Shown: positions 14,213 to 32,900 of the stretch, piece by piece
Position numbering within the stretch: the stretch's first letter is position 1
Layout of the letters: the number at the start of each line of letters is the position of its first letter
DNA from: Blastocystis sp. Blastoise
Lineage: Eukaryota; Protista; Bigyra: Opalinata
Length of the DNA stretch: 64,000 nt
NCBI GenBank assembly: GCA_039096225.1
Contig: JBBPEB010000012.1
Coordinates: forward strand, 62,001-126,000
Direction: 5' to 3'
Translations under genes and position numbers: made by a program
Notes under the pieces: generated by a model
Told to the model about the DNA's origin: nothing
The model's input: the letters and a program-made list of their open reading frames with translations, nothing else
Database searches by the model: none

Positions 14213-14847
14213 TCTAAATATCTATATATAAATAAATATCTAAATATATATATAGAATATTCGTGATTATATTGGATGGAGACAAGCTGATACACATATA
14301 AATAACTTATATAATACTTCCTTTTGGGCATTAGTACTTCAAGGTAAGAAAACTGAAAAGGAAGCTGAAAATATATTAAAAGGAACATTATCTAAGGATA
14401 AGAACGAATTATTATTTACACAATTTGGTATCAACTATAATAACGAAGGAGAAATGTATACTTATTTTGCTTAAATATATTATTAGTCTTCATGAGTTTA
14501 CTCTATTTTATGGTTCATTTATTTTTTTTTTAATTACTCCTCTATAGGTTCAAGAAAGGAAGTGTTTTATTTAGAGAAAAGGGAATTCGTATTAAAGAAA
14601 AATTACAAAATCATCCAAATACTGTAGGAAGAATTTTCCTTGATGGTAAGTCGTCATTTATTTTTATAATTCACATATTAACTATTTTTATTTTCTCAAA
14701 AATTCGTACAATAATCTATTTATTATAACCATAGAAACGAAAGAACCGGATTATTCATCAGTGAAAGATGATGATTATATCATTGCCGTTTTCCATATGG
14801 ATGTTATCAAACCTGAATTCTGGAAGGATCACAACGATATTCTTTGA
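13505..14847 (+). CDS. THG1: tRNA(His) guanylyltransferase, 7 exons
   Basis: [55 protein letters not shown] and FKKGS are present. Six GT-AG introns. Confidence 0.96.
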
Positions 14848-16120
14848 TTCATATTCCACAAATTCATATTTTTATTTCAATAAATTTCGTCACTTACTAA
14901 TTATTTGTTATTATTTTTGGTTGTTTGTTATGTATTATAAATGTAGATCATATATATATATATTACGTAATCAAAATTGATGACATAAAATAAATAACTA
15001 AAAAATAAAAGAATGTGCAAAACAAAACAAAAATTCTTATAATAATTTACCTTTACTAATGAAATTTTTTATACACGCATTCATATGTATTGTTTTATTT
15101 ATTTAAAAATATATTATGTTATTGTCAAGGTCTCTTCTACTCTTTATAACTATTTTTAACTCAATTCGATCTTCTTTATTTTTCAATTAAAATATTAGGT
15201 CGCTTATATAAATATATATTTTACATAAATGAAACAACACTAAGCCAAGTATGATTTTCATAATATATAAAAATCTCTATAATAAAATCTCAGTAAACAA
15301 AAGAAATAATTTCTTTTAATTAGGAGTTTCTATCTTCATAAAGTATATAGTGTCACTTTTCAGCAACTATTAAGTATTTGTTTGTGAGCAAAGTCTTGAA
15401 GAAGAGAAAGTGAATAAAGAAGAGAAACTGACTTCTTCAGGAAACTGTTTTTGTTACACTTATAGCTTCGTTGTGTCTTTAGTAATATTATCTATCAGGA
15501 TTTTTTAAAACTTAATTGAAAATAGTCTATACATATGATACAAAGAGCTTGAACTTTAATATGTACTAAAAACCTATAACTAATAAATCTTGTTTTTCCG
15601 TACTGACTTCTTCTTTTCTCATGACAATAAGTAAACAAATATTGCTTAGCTAAGAACTGTTTAAAACAAAACATAGTAGAGAGTGTTATTCAAACAGTTC
15701 TTCATTAGTACTTGATAAATAAAGGGTTTTATTGATCAAGTGGCTTGAGTTATAATAAAAGAATGAATCTACAAATCTTAAAACACATAATGATCATTAA
15801 ATAAACACACATTAAAAAAAATAAAAAATAAAACTATCAATAACGACGGGAAAAAAGAAAAAAGTGGTATGTATTCCCATATCACCGCATGAAGAGCAAA
15901 GAAATTCCCATAAAAGAATTCGAAAATAGGATCATTTATTTTTTAATAAGCTCTAATTATGATAAAAACAGTACCTATTTTGCCGAGTACTAACGAGAAC
16001 TGTATAACATTTTTAAAATATGGTCCACTATCAATTTTATAAATAAAAATATTTGCATAAAAAATAAACAATTATCTTATCTTATATAAATCTCATTTAG
16101 AACACACTAAATAAAACAAA

Positions 16121-17405
16121 ATGCAAGGAATTAAATGTGTAACCGTTGGGTATGTCTTACTCTCTCTATATATAGCTATATATCTAGTGATGGTAACGTA
16201 GGTAAAACATGTATGCTAATTTCATATGCTACCGATACATTCCCAGAAACTTATATTCCTACTGTTTTTGATAACTATCAAGCTAATGTCATGGTTGATA
16301 ATAAACCTGTTAGTTTAGGACTTTGGGATACTGCTGGAATATATATATGTACTATCTACATATTTATATATATGTATTTTTAAATAATCTATTTGTTGAT
16401 ATTATTCGATGTTACTTTCAATTATTAGCATTTTTATTTTTTTTTGATTAAGAAATTATATTTATTTTCATAATATAGGACAAGAAGATTATGATAGATT
16501 AAGACCTTTAAGTTATCCTAGAACAAATGTTTTCCTTCTTTGTTTTTCTGTTGTAAAGTATTTTTTTTTTAAATTTTTGCATTCTCCTCATTATTTATTC
16601 GTTATATTATTGATAATATAGCTATTTATTAAAATAAATATATATATATATTATTTCTATAGTCCTACTTCTTTTGAAAATATTGAAAAGAAAGTATATA
16701 TATCTGTTCTTTCTTTTTTTTTAAATTTTTTATTCATATTATTTTGATATTTAATAAAACTTATTATTATTATATGAATCTATAATGGTATCCAGAAATC
16801 AATCAATATTGGACTGAGAAAGATAAGCCTGTGCCTTGTATATTAGTAGGTACTAAAACAGATCTTCGTACCGACCAAAATAATATTAAAACATTAGCTA
16901 AAATGAATCAAGAACCTATTACTACAGAACAAGGATATTTATTATTTTATTTATTATATTTATTATTATTATTATTATTATATTTATTATTATTATTATA
17001 TTTATTATTATTATTATTATTGTTACACTTTTTAATAATTTTATTCATTTACAGATATACTTGAATTTTGATTGTTTATGTTTTTATTTAAAACTATATA
17101 TATACATTACTAATTTTAACTTTATATCTATAAGGTAATGAATTAGCAAAGAAAATCAATGCTGCTTATTATTTAGAATGTTCTGCAAAAACTCAAGAAG
17201 GATTAAAGGAAGTATTCGATCATGCTATTAAAGTATATATATATATATATTTCATTTTTATTAATTTTATATTAATAATTATTTCAATATAATACTCTAT
17301 TTATATAAAAATAAACATAATAATAATTATAAACTTAATAAATATAAATAGGTTGGTATGGCTCCAGCTCCTAATAATGGTGGTGGTTGTTGTTCTATCT
17401 TCTAA
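16121..17405 (+). CDS. Rho-family small GTPase (Rac-like), 7 exons
   Basis: [51 protein letters not shown] and a CAAX-type end (CCSIF*) are present. Three of six introns have non-canonical ends. Confidence 0.94.
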
Positions 17406-18184
17406 ACCATTAGATATTCTTGATGTATCTAGTATTCTTTATTTCTCTTTTTGCTTTTATTCTATTTGTCATTCTTCTTGTATTCTGTTTCTCTAGTTTT
17501 ATTTTATGAATTTATTAGTTCTTTCTATCCTTTTTTTTGTTGTTTATTATTCAAAAACTAAATTATAGTATCCATTTTATTCATTTTCTTTTTTGTCAAC
17601 ACGACACTTTATTCCTATATCCTTATCACAATACAGTATATAATTATCACCACCTTTTTTTTACATCATGTATAGTATTCAATAAACATTTTAAAATACC
17701 AGTGTGTAATTATAACAATGATTCATTTAATAATCTATATAACCTATTAAAAATGTATAAGAAAACATGAGAAGAAAACTAATTATCATTCAAGAAATGA
17801 ATTATTTTTAAAAGGTAAGAGATACACTCAACTAAACACAACCTGCTCAATTATCAATTCATATAAATCAGAAATAAACTCAAATAACCTATGAATGTAA
17901 AAAAATTAGTCATTCAGTTCTTTCACAAACAATCGAATTCTATTTAATTCTTTCAAGAAGAATTTTCGATTCTTTTCTATAAAACTTTATTCATTTTGTT
18001 TATTCCGGAATATTCGCTAAAATTTTATTTAAAATGGCCAATTAATCAATTCCCCCGTGATTCGTATATGGCATTCTTAAATCTTTTTCTCATTACAGTA
18101 TAATAGGTGACATCATAAGACACTTTTTTATATATATATTTATATATTTTATTAAAACTTTTTCTTTTATTTGTGTAAGACCCA

Positions 18185-19484
18185 ATGATTCTTGAATATC
18201 ATATTCCTCTCCCTATTCTTACTGAAGAATTCCAAGTTGCTCAACTTTACATGACTTGTAAAGCTCAAGAACAAGCTACTGGTGGTGGTGAAGGTGTTCT
18301 TGTCTTAAAGAATGAACCTTTTGATAATCTTGATGGTCACATGGGTATTTCTGAACTCTCTGGTTGTGAAGTTCCTAAAGAAAAAGGTCAATATACTTTA
18401 AAGCAGTAAGTTTTTTTATCAATAATATAATAATAATTTTATTTTTTTCTACATTTTTATTATTTTTCTCATCCATAAATCATATTCTAATATAAAGTTA
18501 TTTACTTGCTTCTAAGGTTCCTGGAGTAGTCAAGGCTTTCATTAAGAAGGAAGATATGATTATTGTTGAAGAAGCTTGGAATGCTCATCCTCATTGTTTA
18601 ACTGTTTGGACTTGTCCTGCTTTAGCTAAAGAAAAATTCACTCTTACTGTTGAATCTAGATATTTTGATGATATTGGATGCTTATATATTTTTATATTAT
18701 GTTTATTATTTTATTTATTTGTATTGATCATATTTATTTAATTATTCTTTTTTTTTATGGCGATCAAGAAAATGCCATGGGATTAAATGCTGCTGATTTA
18801 AAGAAGAGAGAAATTATTGCTATTGATATTGCTAAGAAGAATGGTAATGAAAAGATCCCTGCTAATGAAGTATGTATTATATGTTTATGTTTGTTATATT
18901 TATTATTATTATACTTATTATTATTATTATACTTATTATTATTATTATTATTATTATTATACTTATTATTATTATTATACTTATTATTATTATTATTATA
19001 TAGGATGTTATGTCTTATCATAGTGAAAAACGTGGTTACGGACCTTTTGAACCTGAATTCTATAAAGATACTTCCAGTATATAATACATTTATTATTATT
19101 ATTATTATTATATAAAAAAACATATGTGTTGCTATAAATTAGTTGGTGTTCAGTATATATATATATATATAATTATAAAATATATATATATAGTTCATTT
19201 CCGTTATTTTGGTTTACAGACTTTAGTTGAGAATATTATTCGTAATCAGCAAATGAATTTATTTACGAAAACAATGCGTCAATTAGTATGTATGACCGAC
19301 GAGTGGGATGGACTCACTTTAGACGATATTCGTAAAATGGAAGAAGATAATAAGAAACGATTAGATGAACAAATTACTACGGGAGAAGTCGCTGAAATGT
19401 ATATTATTATATATTATTATTATTTCTAATATCTCTATTTCTATTATATTACCTATCTATAGTCTTAAAGAAGAAGCCAAGTAA
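18185..19484 (+). CDS. Phosphatidylinositol transfer protein (START-like PITP), 7 exons
   Basis: EFQVAQLY, GGGEGVLVLKNEPF, KGQYTLKHY, EEAWNAHPHC, MCCYKLV, FGLQ and DEWDGLTLDDIR are present. Confidence 0.94.
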
Positions 19485-19945
19485 AATATATATATATAAT
19501 AATATATAAAAGTTACTTTTTTGCATTGTTTCATTATTGTATTTTTTATTCATTTAAATAGTTTTTTTCGCATAATCATATGTTTCAAAACTGTTTTCTT
19601 TTCATATTTACTCAATATAGTTCCATTTATATTATCTTTCTCTGTTAATTACAAGTAGTAAATAATAGTATATGATAATGATAACATATAATTTATTAAC
19701 TAATGAAACTATAACAAAAATCTTAAAAAAAAATCACAATATATAGTTATAAAAAAATACAAGAGACATTTTTTTGATCATAAAAAGAAGAAAAACAATA
19801 TAAACATTATTCATAATTGAATAAAAAAAGGGAAAAAGGAAAAAGAACTATTAAAAAGAAGAAGAACACAACATAATAAATAAATTTATTATCATTATTT
19901 ATTTGAAATACTATATATATATAGAAGTTAATGACAAAATAAAAC

Positions 19946-24763
<4,818 letters not shown>

Positions 24764-25622
24764 CTAGAAAAGAAGATCCTTATGAAAAAATAGAGATATA
24801 TAATATACTTGAATTCAATTAGTATAGTATATCTACAAAAAAACAGTTTTAATAAACATTTTATTTTCTTGCTAGTTAATACCGAATAACCAGGAATATC
24901 TTCTTTTTATTAGTGAATAAATGAAATGAATTCATTGTGTTTAAATAGATTTTTCAACTTTTATTTTAATTTTTCAAATAATCCCTTCACTATATTCTAG
25001 AAGTGAATATAAGTCATACACCTATATCATCTACCTATTTTAGATGATTGAATCTAATGATATTACTGGCTTCCTTTTTCTTTTTCATTTACAATATATA
25101 ACAAGATACAATTAAAATTAGTCATATACAATCAACAAATTATGAACTATATATATCTATTTAAAAATTCGTATTTCTATAAGACCATGTGTCTGACAAC
25201 TTTCATTTTTAACGTATTTTTTTCCATTTACTTTCTGATTTTAATAACTATATGAATCAACACCATTTTTTCCCATAATGATGAGTTAGGTGCCACGATT
25301 AATCTAATAGGGAGAGTGTCCAGTTTCCTGTTTTTCAGACATTTTCATATTATACCTTTTTTATCATTTCAGTTTTCTTCAAAAACTAGAAGAATCGTAA
25401 AAAAATTGATTATTTTGAATATTTCTGTTATAATATAGGAATAATCACGATTATAACATAAAACACGAATAAAAAAGGAAAACGTCCGTAAAGTATCGAA
25501 AATGTATGCTCGGTATTGTTTCTTATTGTTATTTGAAGAGATTCTATTCTTGTATCATTGATCATTAACAGTATATATGTTTTTAATGTCACGAAGCTTT
25601 ATATACTTTAAATTATAGAAGA

Positions 25623-27421
25623 ATGACTATTATTGATAGAACGAATGATTTTAAGAGAATTATTGTGTCTCTAGCTGGATCTAAAGGTCATGAGAATTAC
25701 GTTGCTACAAAAAGTAGTATAAAGCCATCTGACTTTTCTCGTGTTACTTCTACTCTTTCTGGAAATGTTCATGCTACATCTCTCAAATTACAGCAACTAA
25801 CACAACGTATGAATATCTATATTGATATTAAAAGACTTTATTTTATTATTAAATGATTTCTCTTGTTATATATGTATATTTACGTCATGATTGTCTAGTT
25901 GTCAAAAAGAAGTGTTTATTTGATGATAAGACTGAAGAAATTAATACTTTAACTGTGGCCATAAAAGATGAGATTACACATATCAATAGTGAATTAGAAA
26001 AACTAGAAGTATATATATATATTTTTTAATATTTTTCATGTGTTTATGATTTTTCTTCTATTATTATTCTAATATATATATAGATGTATGTAAAAGGAAA
26101 TAAATCTGGTTCTACACAAACAGCATTATATAATCAAAATATTGTTGGAGCATTAAAAGATGAATTAATTGATACCACTAAAGAATTTAAAGATGTTTTA
26201 CAAGTATATATATATTTATTTTTTATTTTTTATTTTTTATTTTTATTATTTTTATTTTTATTATTTTTATTTTAATTTTAATTTTTATTATTTTAATTTT
26301 TATTATTTTATTTTTATTTTATATTATTTTTATTATTTTTTTTTTATTATTTTTTTTATAGTATATATAATATATATATAATTTCATTATATAGTTACAT
26401 CATCAGACATTAGAGAATACGCAACAGCGTAAACAGAAACTTGGAGCAAGTCAACCAGACTTATTAGGAAAACCTCTTAATTATGTATATATATATTTAT
26501 ATATATTTTATGATTTTATAATAATAATAATTATTATGTATATATATAGAGTGTTCCTACTTCAGATACAGTTAATATCAGTATACCCTCTGTATATTAT
26601 TAAAAATACTTATAATATTTATTAATAATATAATTAATATTATTCATAAAAATATATTTATTAATAATATTTGTTTCTACTACTATATATTGTCTCTTTA
26701 GACTACTACTGCTCTTCTTACTCCTTCCTCTTTTGCTCTTCAAGATAGTCAGATTATTAGTAATAGATATATACAGGAAAGATCACAAGCTGTTACAGAT
26801 ATTGAAAGTAACATGATTCAACTTGTATATATATATATATATTAGTGTTTTTATTTATTATTATATATATTAGTTCTTTTATTTATTATTATATATATTA
26901 GTGTTTTTATTTATTATTATATATATTAGTGTTTTTATTTATTATTATATATATTAGTGTTTTTATTTATTATTATATATATTAGTGTTTTTATTTATTA
27001 TTATATATATATTTTATATATTTTTATCATATTAGACTACTATTATATCTTTCATCTTTATATATATATATATAGGGATCTATATTTGATCGTTTAAGTA
27101 CCATGATTGTTGAACAGGGAGAGATGGTCGATCGAATTGATGATAATATTGATAAAGCATCTATTAACGTTAATTCTGGATATCAAGAAATTGTCAAATA
27201 TGGACAAACAATGTATATATATATTTTAAATTCTTATTATTCTATTCTTATTATTCTATTCTTATTCTATTATAATATATATTTTAAAGATGATTTGTAA
27301 ACTATGATAATAATAACTATAATAATATTATATATATAGTTTTAGTAATCGTCAATTAATTCTAAAGCTATTTGCAGTTTTAGTCGTTTTTATTATTCTC
27401 TTTGTTATCTTCCTTGCTTAA
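25623..27421 (+). CDS. STX5: Syntaxin-5/Sed5 (Qa SNARE), 8 exons
   Basis: The N-peptide DRTNDF, KKCLFDDKTEEIN, the SNARE motif IESNMIQLGSIFDRLSTMIVEQGEMVDRID and SNRQLILKLF plus a C-terminal TM helix are present. All introns are GT-AG. Confidence 0.93.
26835..27010. repeat. Minisatellite of about 28-30 bp, about 6 copies, in an STX5 intron
   Basis: TATATTAGTGTTTTTATTTATTATTATA is repeated in tandem. Confidence 0.85.
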
Positions 27422-27933
27422 AACAGTTCTATATATATATCTATTTTCATATCATTCTCAATATTTTTTTATATAATCCTTTTTTTTTTTGAAGTTTTCT
27501 CTTATTCTATTGCCTATGTATATATACGTCTATTCATTCTATATACATAGAATCTGATAGTTTAATTTTTATTCACTTTTCACTTCTTTTCTTCTTCATT
27601 ATTATGTTATAGTGTCTCTTCTTTATATTATTGATTTTTTTGTTGAATATATCTATACAATACATATACTATATTTAGTTAATTCACTCTTTATCACATT
27701 ATATAACACTACTCTAATAATCTCCTAAAATATAAAATCATAAAAAAAAACACATTTTATTCTAATTAATTATAAATAATCATTATTGAAACGAATTACA
27801 ATAGTAGAACAAAACAACTGATTATCATTTTTTTTAAACATGCAAAAATAGTAGTACAAAATAAAATCTTTTTATAATTACATTAGTTAGATAAAATAGA
27901 AATCAGAAGATGTAACATGCTAATATTGAATAT

Positions 27934-28695
27934 CTAGTTAGAAACATTAGGAGTAGCAAATTTTACCCAATGTTTAATTCTATTAATGCTATCTTCAGGT
28001 CCTTTCATATCATTCAAATAATAAGGAGGAGAAATAGTGACAGAACCTGTAATAATCTTTTCATCTTCCCATTTACAGGGAACGCTAGACAATAATAATA
28101 ATAATAAATATAATAATAAACATAATAAATATCATACTAATAATAATAAACATAATAAACATGATAATAATAATAAACACAATAAACATAATAATAAACA
28201 TATCTATATACTATTTATTAATTTGATCAAATATATACATTCCATAAGGAGAATGTAATTGTGAATATAACCTATCCATTTTTTGTTCATTCTCTTCCTA
28301 TAAATATATATATATATATAATATATCTATTGAAAAAATATTTAAAAAAAGATATTAAATAAGAATTTTAATTACTCATTCTATTAGAATATAATAAGCA
28401 TATTATAATATATAAAAAAATTACAAAAATAAATATATATAAATACAGCCAATTGATTTGTAACAGTGGAACTAATATGCGGTAAGAGAATTTCATTCAA
28501 TGTGATATGATCCAAGACTTTAATTGACTGAATATATTGTACCTTTAATAAAACAGCTGATGCTTTGGGATTTGTTGGTGTACTTAATTTTAATACAAGA
28601 GTTTGGCATGTGTCGTCATAGCAGAAAATTTCACCTTTCAGTGTTTCACCATAGGTCGTCTTGATTTCGACAATAAGACCGATAATAGATGACAT
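27934..28695 (-). CDS. LSM12: LSM12-like protein (Lsm plus anticodon-binding domain), 3 exons
   Basis: IGLIVEIKTTYGETLKGEIFCYDDTCQTLVL and IFDQINKYVPCKWEDEKI..VTISPPY are present. Confidence 0.82.
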
Positions 28696-29938
28696 ATTAA
28701 TTGTATATTGTTTCTTAAATGAAATACAGCACGATAGATCTATCTTTGACAAGAACTAACCTCAAAAAAAGGCTTTTTATGTTCAAAAAGAAAAAACAAA
28801 GAAGAACAGGACGACGCAAACGTTTTTTATCCTGGTTTTTTTACCATCTCATTCTGAAATTTAACCGTGGTTATTTATTGCATTCCCATCATCATTTTGA
28901 TCTCTGTTTTTTTCTCCATTATAAAAACGGTTTATGGAGTCGTTTTTTAAGATTTCCTGTTTTTCATGATTTTTTTTCTTCATTTACTCAAGTTTTAATT
29001 TTTTCAGAAACAACATAGTGGAATACAAGAATAACGAGTAGCCAATCATTCTTGCTATTGTCTATAGAACATCGATTAGAATATCATCATCTTTTTTATT
29101 AAGATAGACCTTTCTGCTTGTATTTCTTTTTGAATACTCTTCATTAAATATTCCTATTTAAGGCAACATATATATGCTAATTTATATTTGATGTACTGAC
29201 AAGTATATACAGACTTTAACGGAATCAATTATATTTCTTGACTCGTTATATATTGCAGTTGTTCTCGGTTTGTTGTAATCATATAGCAACTATGAATCTA
29301 ATGGATCCTCAGAAATATAACAAACAAGATAAATAAATAAATCTAGAGTCTACATGCTAGAATAAACAAAATATTCGTGTGTTTTTTTATGAGATATGAT
29401 ATTTTCTAAAGCTTTTAACGTAATTTATCACAGGTAAGTTTTAAATAAAGAACAATACAATGAATCAAGTGAAATGAAATTGAAAAGAACTCAGTTAATA
29501 AGAATAATATATATATATAAATGTTATTACAACGAAACAAATCGAAATATATAAAATAGAATTAAAAAAAGAATAATAGCATGAAATTTGTATAAAAATA
29601 TCAAAACAATAGTATGTTGATGAATAAAAAACAAATAAGAAAAAAAAATAATTATAAATAGAGTATTTATATAAATAGAGAAAAGAAATGATAAAGAAGA
29701 AATAATAGTATCCAAAGGAAGCAACCAATTATGATTTGACAAACCATTTGTATACATGTAAATGAAGACTATATATAATATTTTTATAAAAGAGATATAA
29801 TATATATATATATATATATATACGTGGTTTATAATTGAATTATATAGATGATCTGTATTTTGAAAATATAAAGAAATTAGATTATTCATTAGATTCCAAA
29901 TGATGTACCTAATCTAAATATAATATAAATAAATAAAA

Positions 29939-32900
29939 TCATACATTTTCTAGATTATTTTTGTCTTCTGAAAAACTGCAAGTAAATATTGATTCAAAGA
30001 ATTGTTTTAATATACTTATAATGGAAGGATTTGATGAAGGTAATAAAGGAGTATTAATTGAATCAGAATAAACATTATTATTAGAAGAAACATCATTTGG
30101 TTCAGTAGATTGAGGAGTAGAAACACTATTAGAAATGACTGGAACAGTAGATATAACGTTGGGTTGTACGGTGAACGAAGAGTCTCCAATAGATGAAGGG
30201 ATCTCTTTGTTGTTATTTGATATCATATCTTGATTTATAGGAATAGATTGCAAGGGTATATCTTCAGAACTCTTATTATTTTCATCTTTTTCTATATTAA
30301 GATTATGATCTTCTTTATGCATATTACCAAATATAGAATTCAATTCATCATTAGAAATAATTGCACTATCAGAGATATCTTTATTGATATCTATTTGAGA
30401 ATTCTTATTATTCATAGTATTATTATTATCTATAGACATATCACCTATCTTTATAGTGCTATTGTCTTCTTGAGTATCCTCAATATTTATTTCTGAATTA
30501 ATAGTTTCTGTACTTTCTATGGGGGATATATTCTCTGTTTCAATATCTTCAGTATCAATATTTATATTTTCTTCATTATTATTAGTTTCTTTATTTTTAT
30601 TATCATGATCTATATTCTCCTCATCCATATTAGTATTAGTATCTTCCTCTTCATTCATATCATTATTACTTATGTTCTCTTCATTTAACGTATCCATATG
30701 CATATCAGCAAATTTCCTATGATTAGAAGGAATAATAATAGTTGTACCACAATCATCAACAATAGGTAAAGCAATAGAACTTGGTAAACATTTCATATAA
30801 TTACCCACATCATTTTCTTCTTCTTCTTCTTCCGCATAATTATTCATTGATTCATTTGGTTCAAAATCATCAAATGAATCAACTTGTTGAATAAAAGAAG
30901 GATCATTAATGTTATTATTATTATTAGCTATAGGTAATACTACCATAGAAGGAGGAGGAATTAAAGAATTATTCATAGATTGTTTTATCTCAGGATTTTC
31001 TTCTAATGTAGGAAGATTAGATATATTATTTTGAATATTTCTATTATTATTATTAGCTATAGGTAATACTGCCATAGAAGGAGGAGGAATTAAAGAATTA
31101 TTCATAGATTGTTTCATTTCAGGATTTTCTTCTAATGTAGGAAGAACAGGTATATTATTAGGAATATTTCTATTATTAGCTATAGGTAATACTGCCATAG
31201 AAGGAGGAGGAATTAAAGAATTATTCATAGATTGTTTTATCTCAGGATTTTCTTCTAATGTAGGAAGATTAGATATATTATTTTGAATATTTCTATTATT
31301 AGCTATAGGTAATACTGCCATAGAAGGAGGAGGAATTAAAGAATTACTCATAGATTGTTTCATTTCAGGATTTTCTTCTAATGTAGGAAGAACAGGTATA
31401 TTATTTTGAATATTTCTATTATTAGCTATAGGTAATACTACCATAGAAGGAAGAGGAATTAAAGAATTATTCATAGATTGTTTCATTTCAGGATTTTCTT
31501 CTAATGTAGGAAGAACAGGTATATTATTTTGAATATTTCTATTATTAGCTATAGGTAATACTGCCATAGAAGGAGGAGGAATTAAAGAATTACTCATAGA
31601 TTGTTTCATTTCAGGATTTTCTTCTAATGTAGGAAGAACAGGTATATTATTAGGAATATTTCTATTATTAGCTATAGGTAATACTGCCATAGAAGGAGGA
31701 GGAATTAAAGAATTATTCATAGATTGTTTTATCTCAGGATTTTCTTCTAATGTAGGAAGATTAGATATATTATTTTGAATATTTCTATTATTAGCTATAG
31801 GTAATACTACCATAGAAGGAGGAGGAATTAAAGAATTACTCATAGATTGTTTCATTTCAGGATTTTCTTCTAATGTAGGAAGAACAGGTATATTAGAATG
31901 ATTTGGTAATATATCATTAGTAATAGTATTGGATATATTATTATTATCATTAGGAATAATAGGTAATATATTATTAGTAATAGTATTAGTTATATTAGGA
32001 ATATTATCATTAGGAATAATAGGTAATATATTATTAGTAATAGTATTAGTTATATCAGGTATATCATTATTAGAAATAATAGGTAATTCTTCATTAGGAA
32101 TAGTATTGGATATATCCGGTAGATTATTAGGTATATCATTAGGAATAATAGGTAATTCTTCATTAGGAATAGTATTAGTTATATTATTAGGTATATCATT
32201 AGGAATAATAGGTAATTCATCATTAGTAATAGTATTAGTTATATTATTAGGTATATCATTAGGAATAATAGGTAATTCATCATTAGTAATAGTATTAGTT
32301 ATATCAGGTATATCATTAGGTATATCATTAGGAATAATAGGTAATTCATCATTAGTAATAGTATTAGTTATATTATTATTATCATTAGGAATAATAGGTA
32401 ATATATCATTAGTAATAGTATTAGTAATATTATTAGGTATATCATTAGGAATAATAGGTAATTCATCATTAGGAATAGTATTAGTTATATTATTAATAGG
32501 CATAATAGGTATATCATTAGGAATAATAGGTAATTCATCATTAGTAATAGTATTAGTTATATTATTATTATCATTAGGAATAATAGGTAATATATCATTA
32601 GTAATAGTATTAGTAATATTATTAGGAATATCATTAGGAATAATAGGTAACATATCATTAGTAATAGTATTAGTTATATTATTAGGTATATTATTAGGAA
32701 TAATAGGTAATTCATCATTAGTAATAGTATTAGTAATATTATTATTATCATTAGGAATAATAGGTAACATATCATTAGTAATAGTATTAGTTATATTAGG
32801 AATATTATCATTAGGAATAATAGGTAATTCATCATTAGGAATAGTATTAGTTATATTATTAATAGGCATATTAGGTAATGAAGGAGGAGAAGGAGATAAT

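Noticed and set aside
25270-25345. Possible C/D snoRNA in a GC-richer island between VPS39 and STX5
   Set aside because: A C box (ATGATGA) is present, but there is no matching D box or terminal stem. It is more likely promoter sequence.
30920-32870. CRISPR-like regular repeats
   Set aside because: These are contiguous in-frame tandem units with no unique spacers, in a eukaryotic context with no cas genes.
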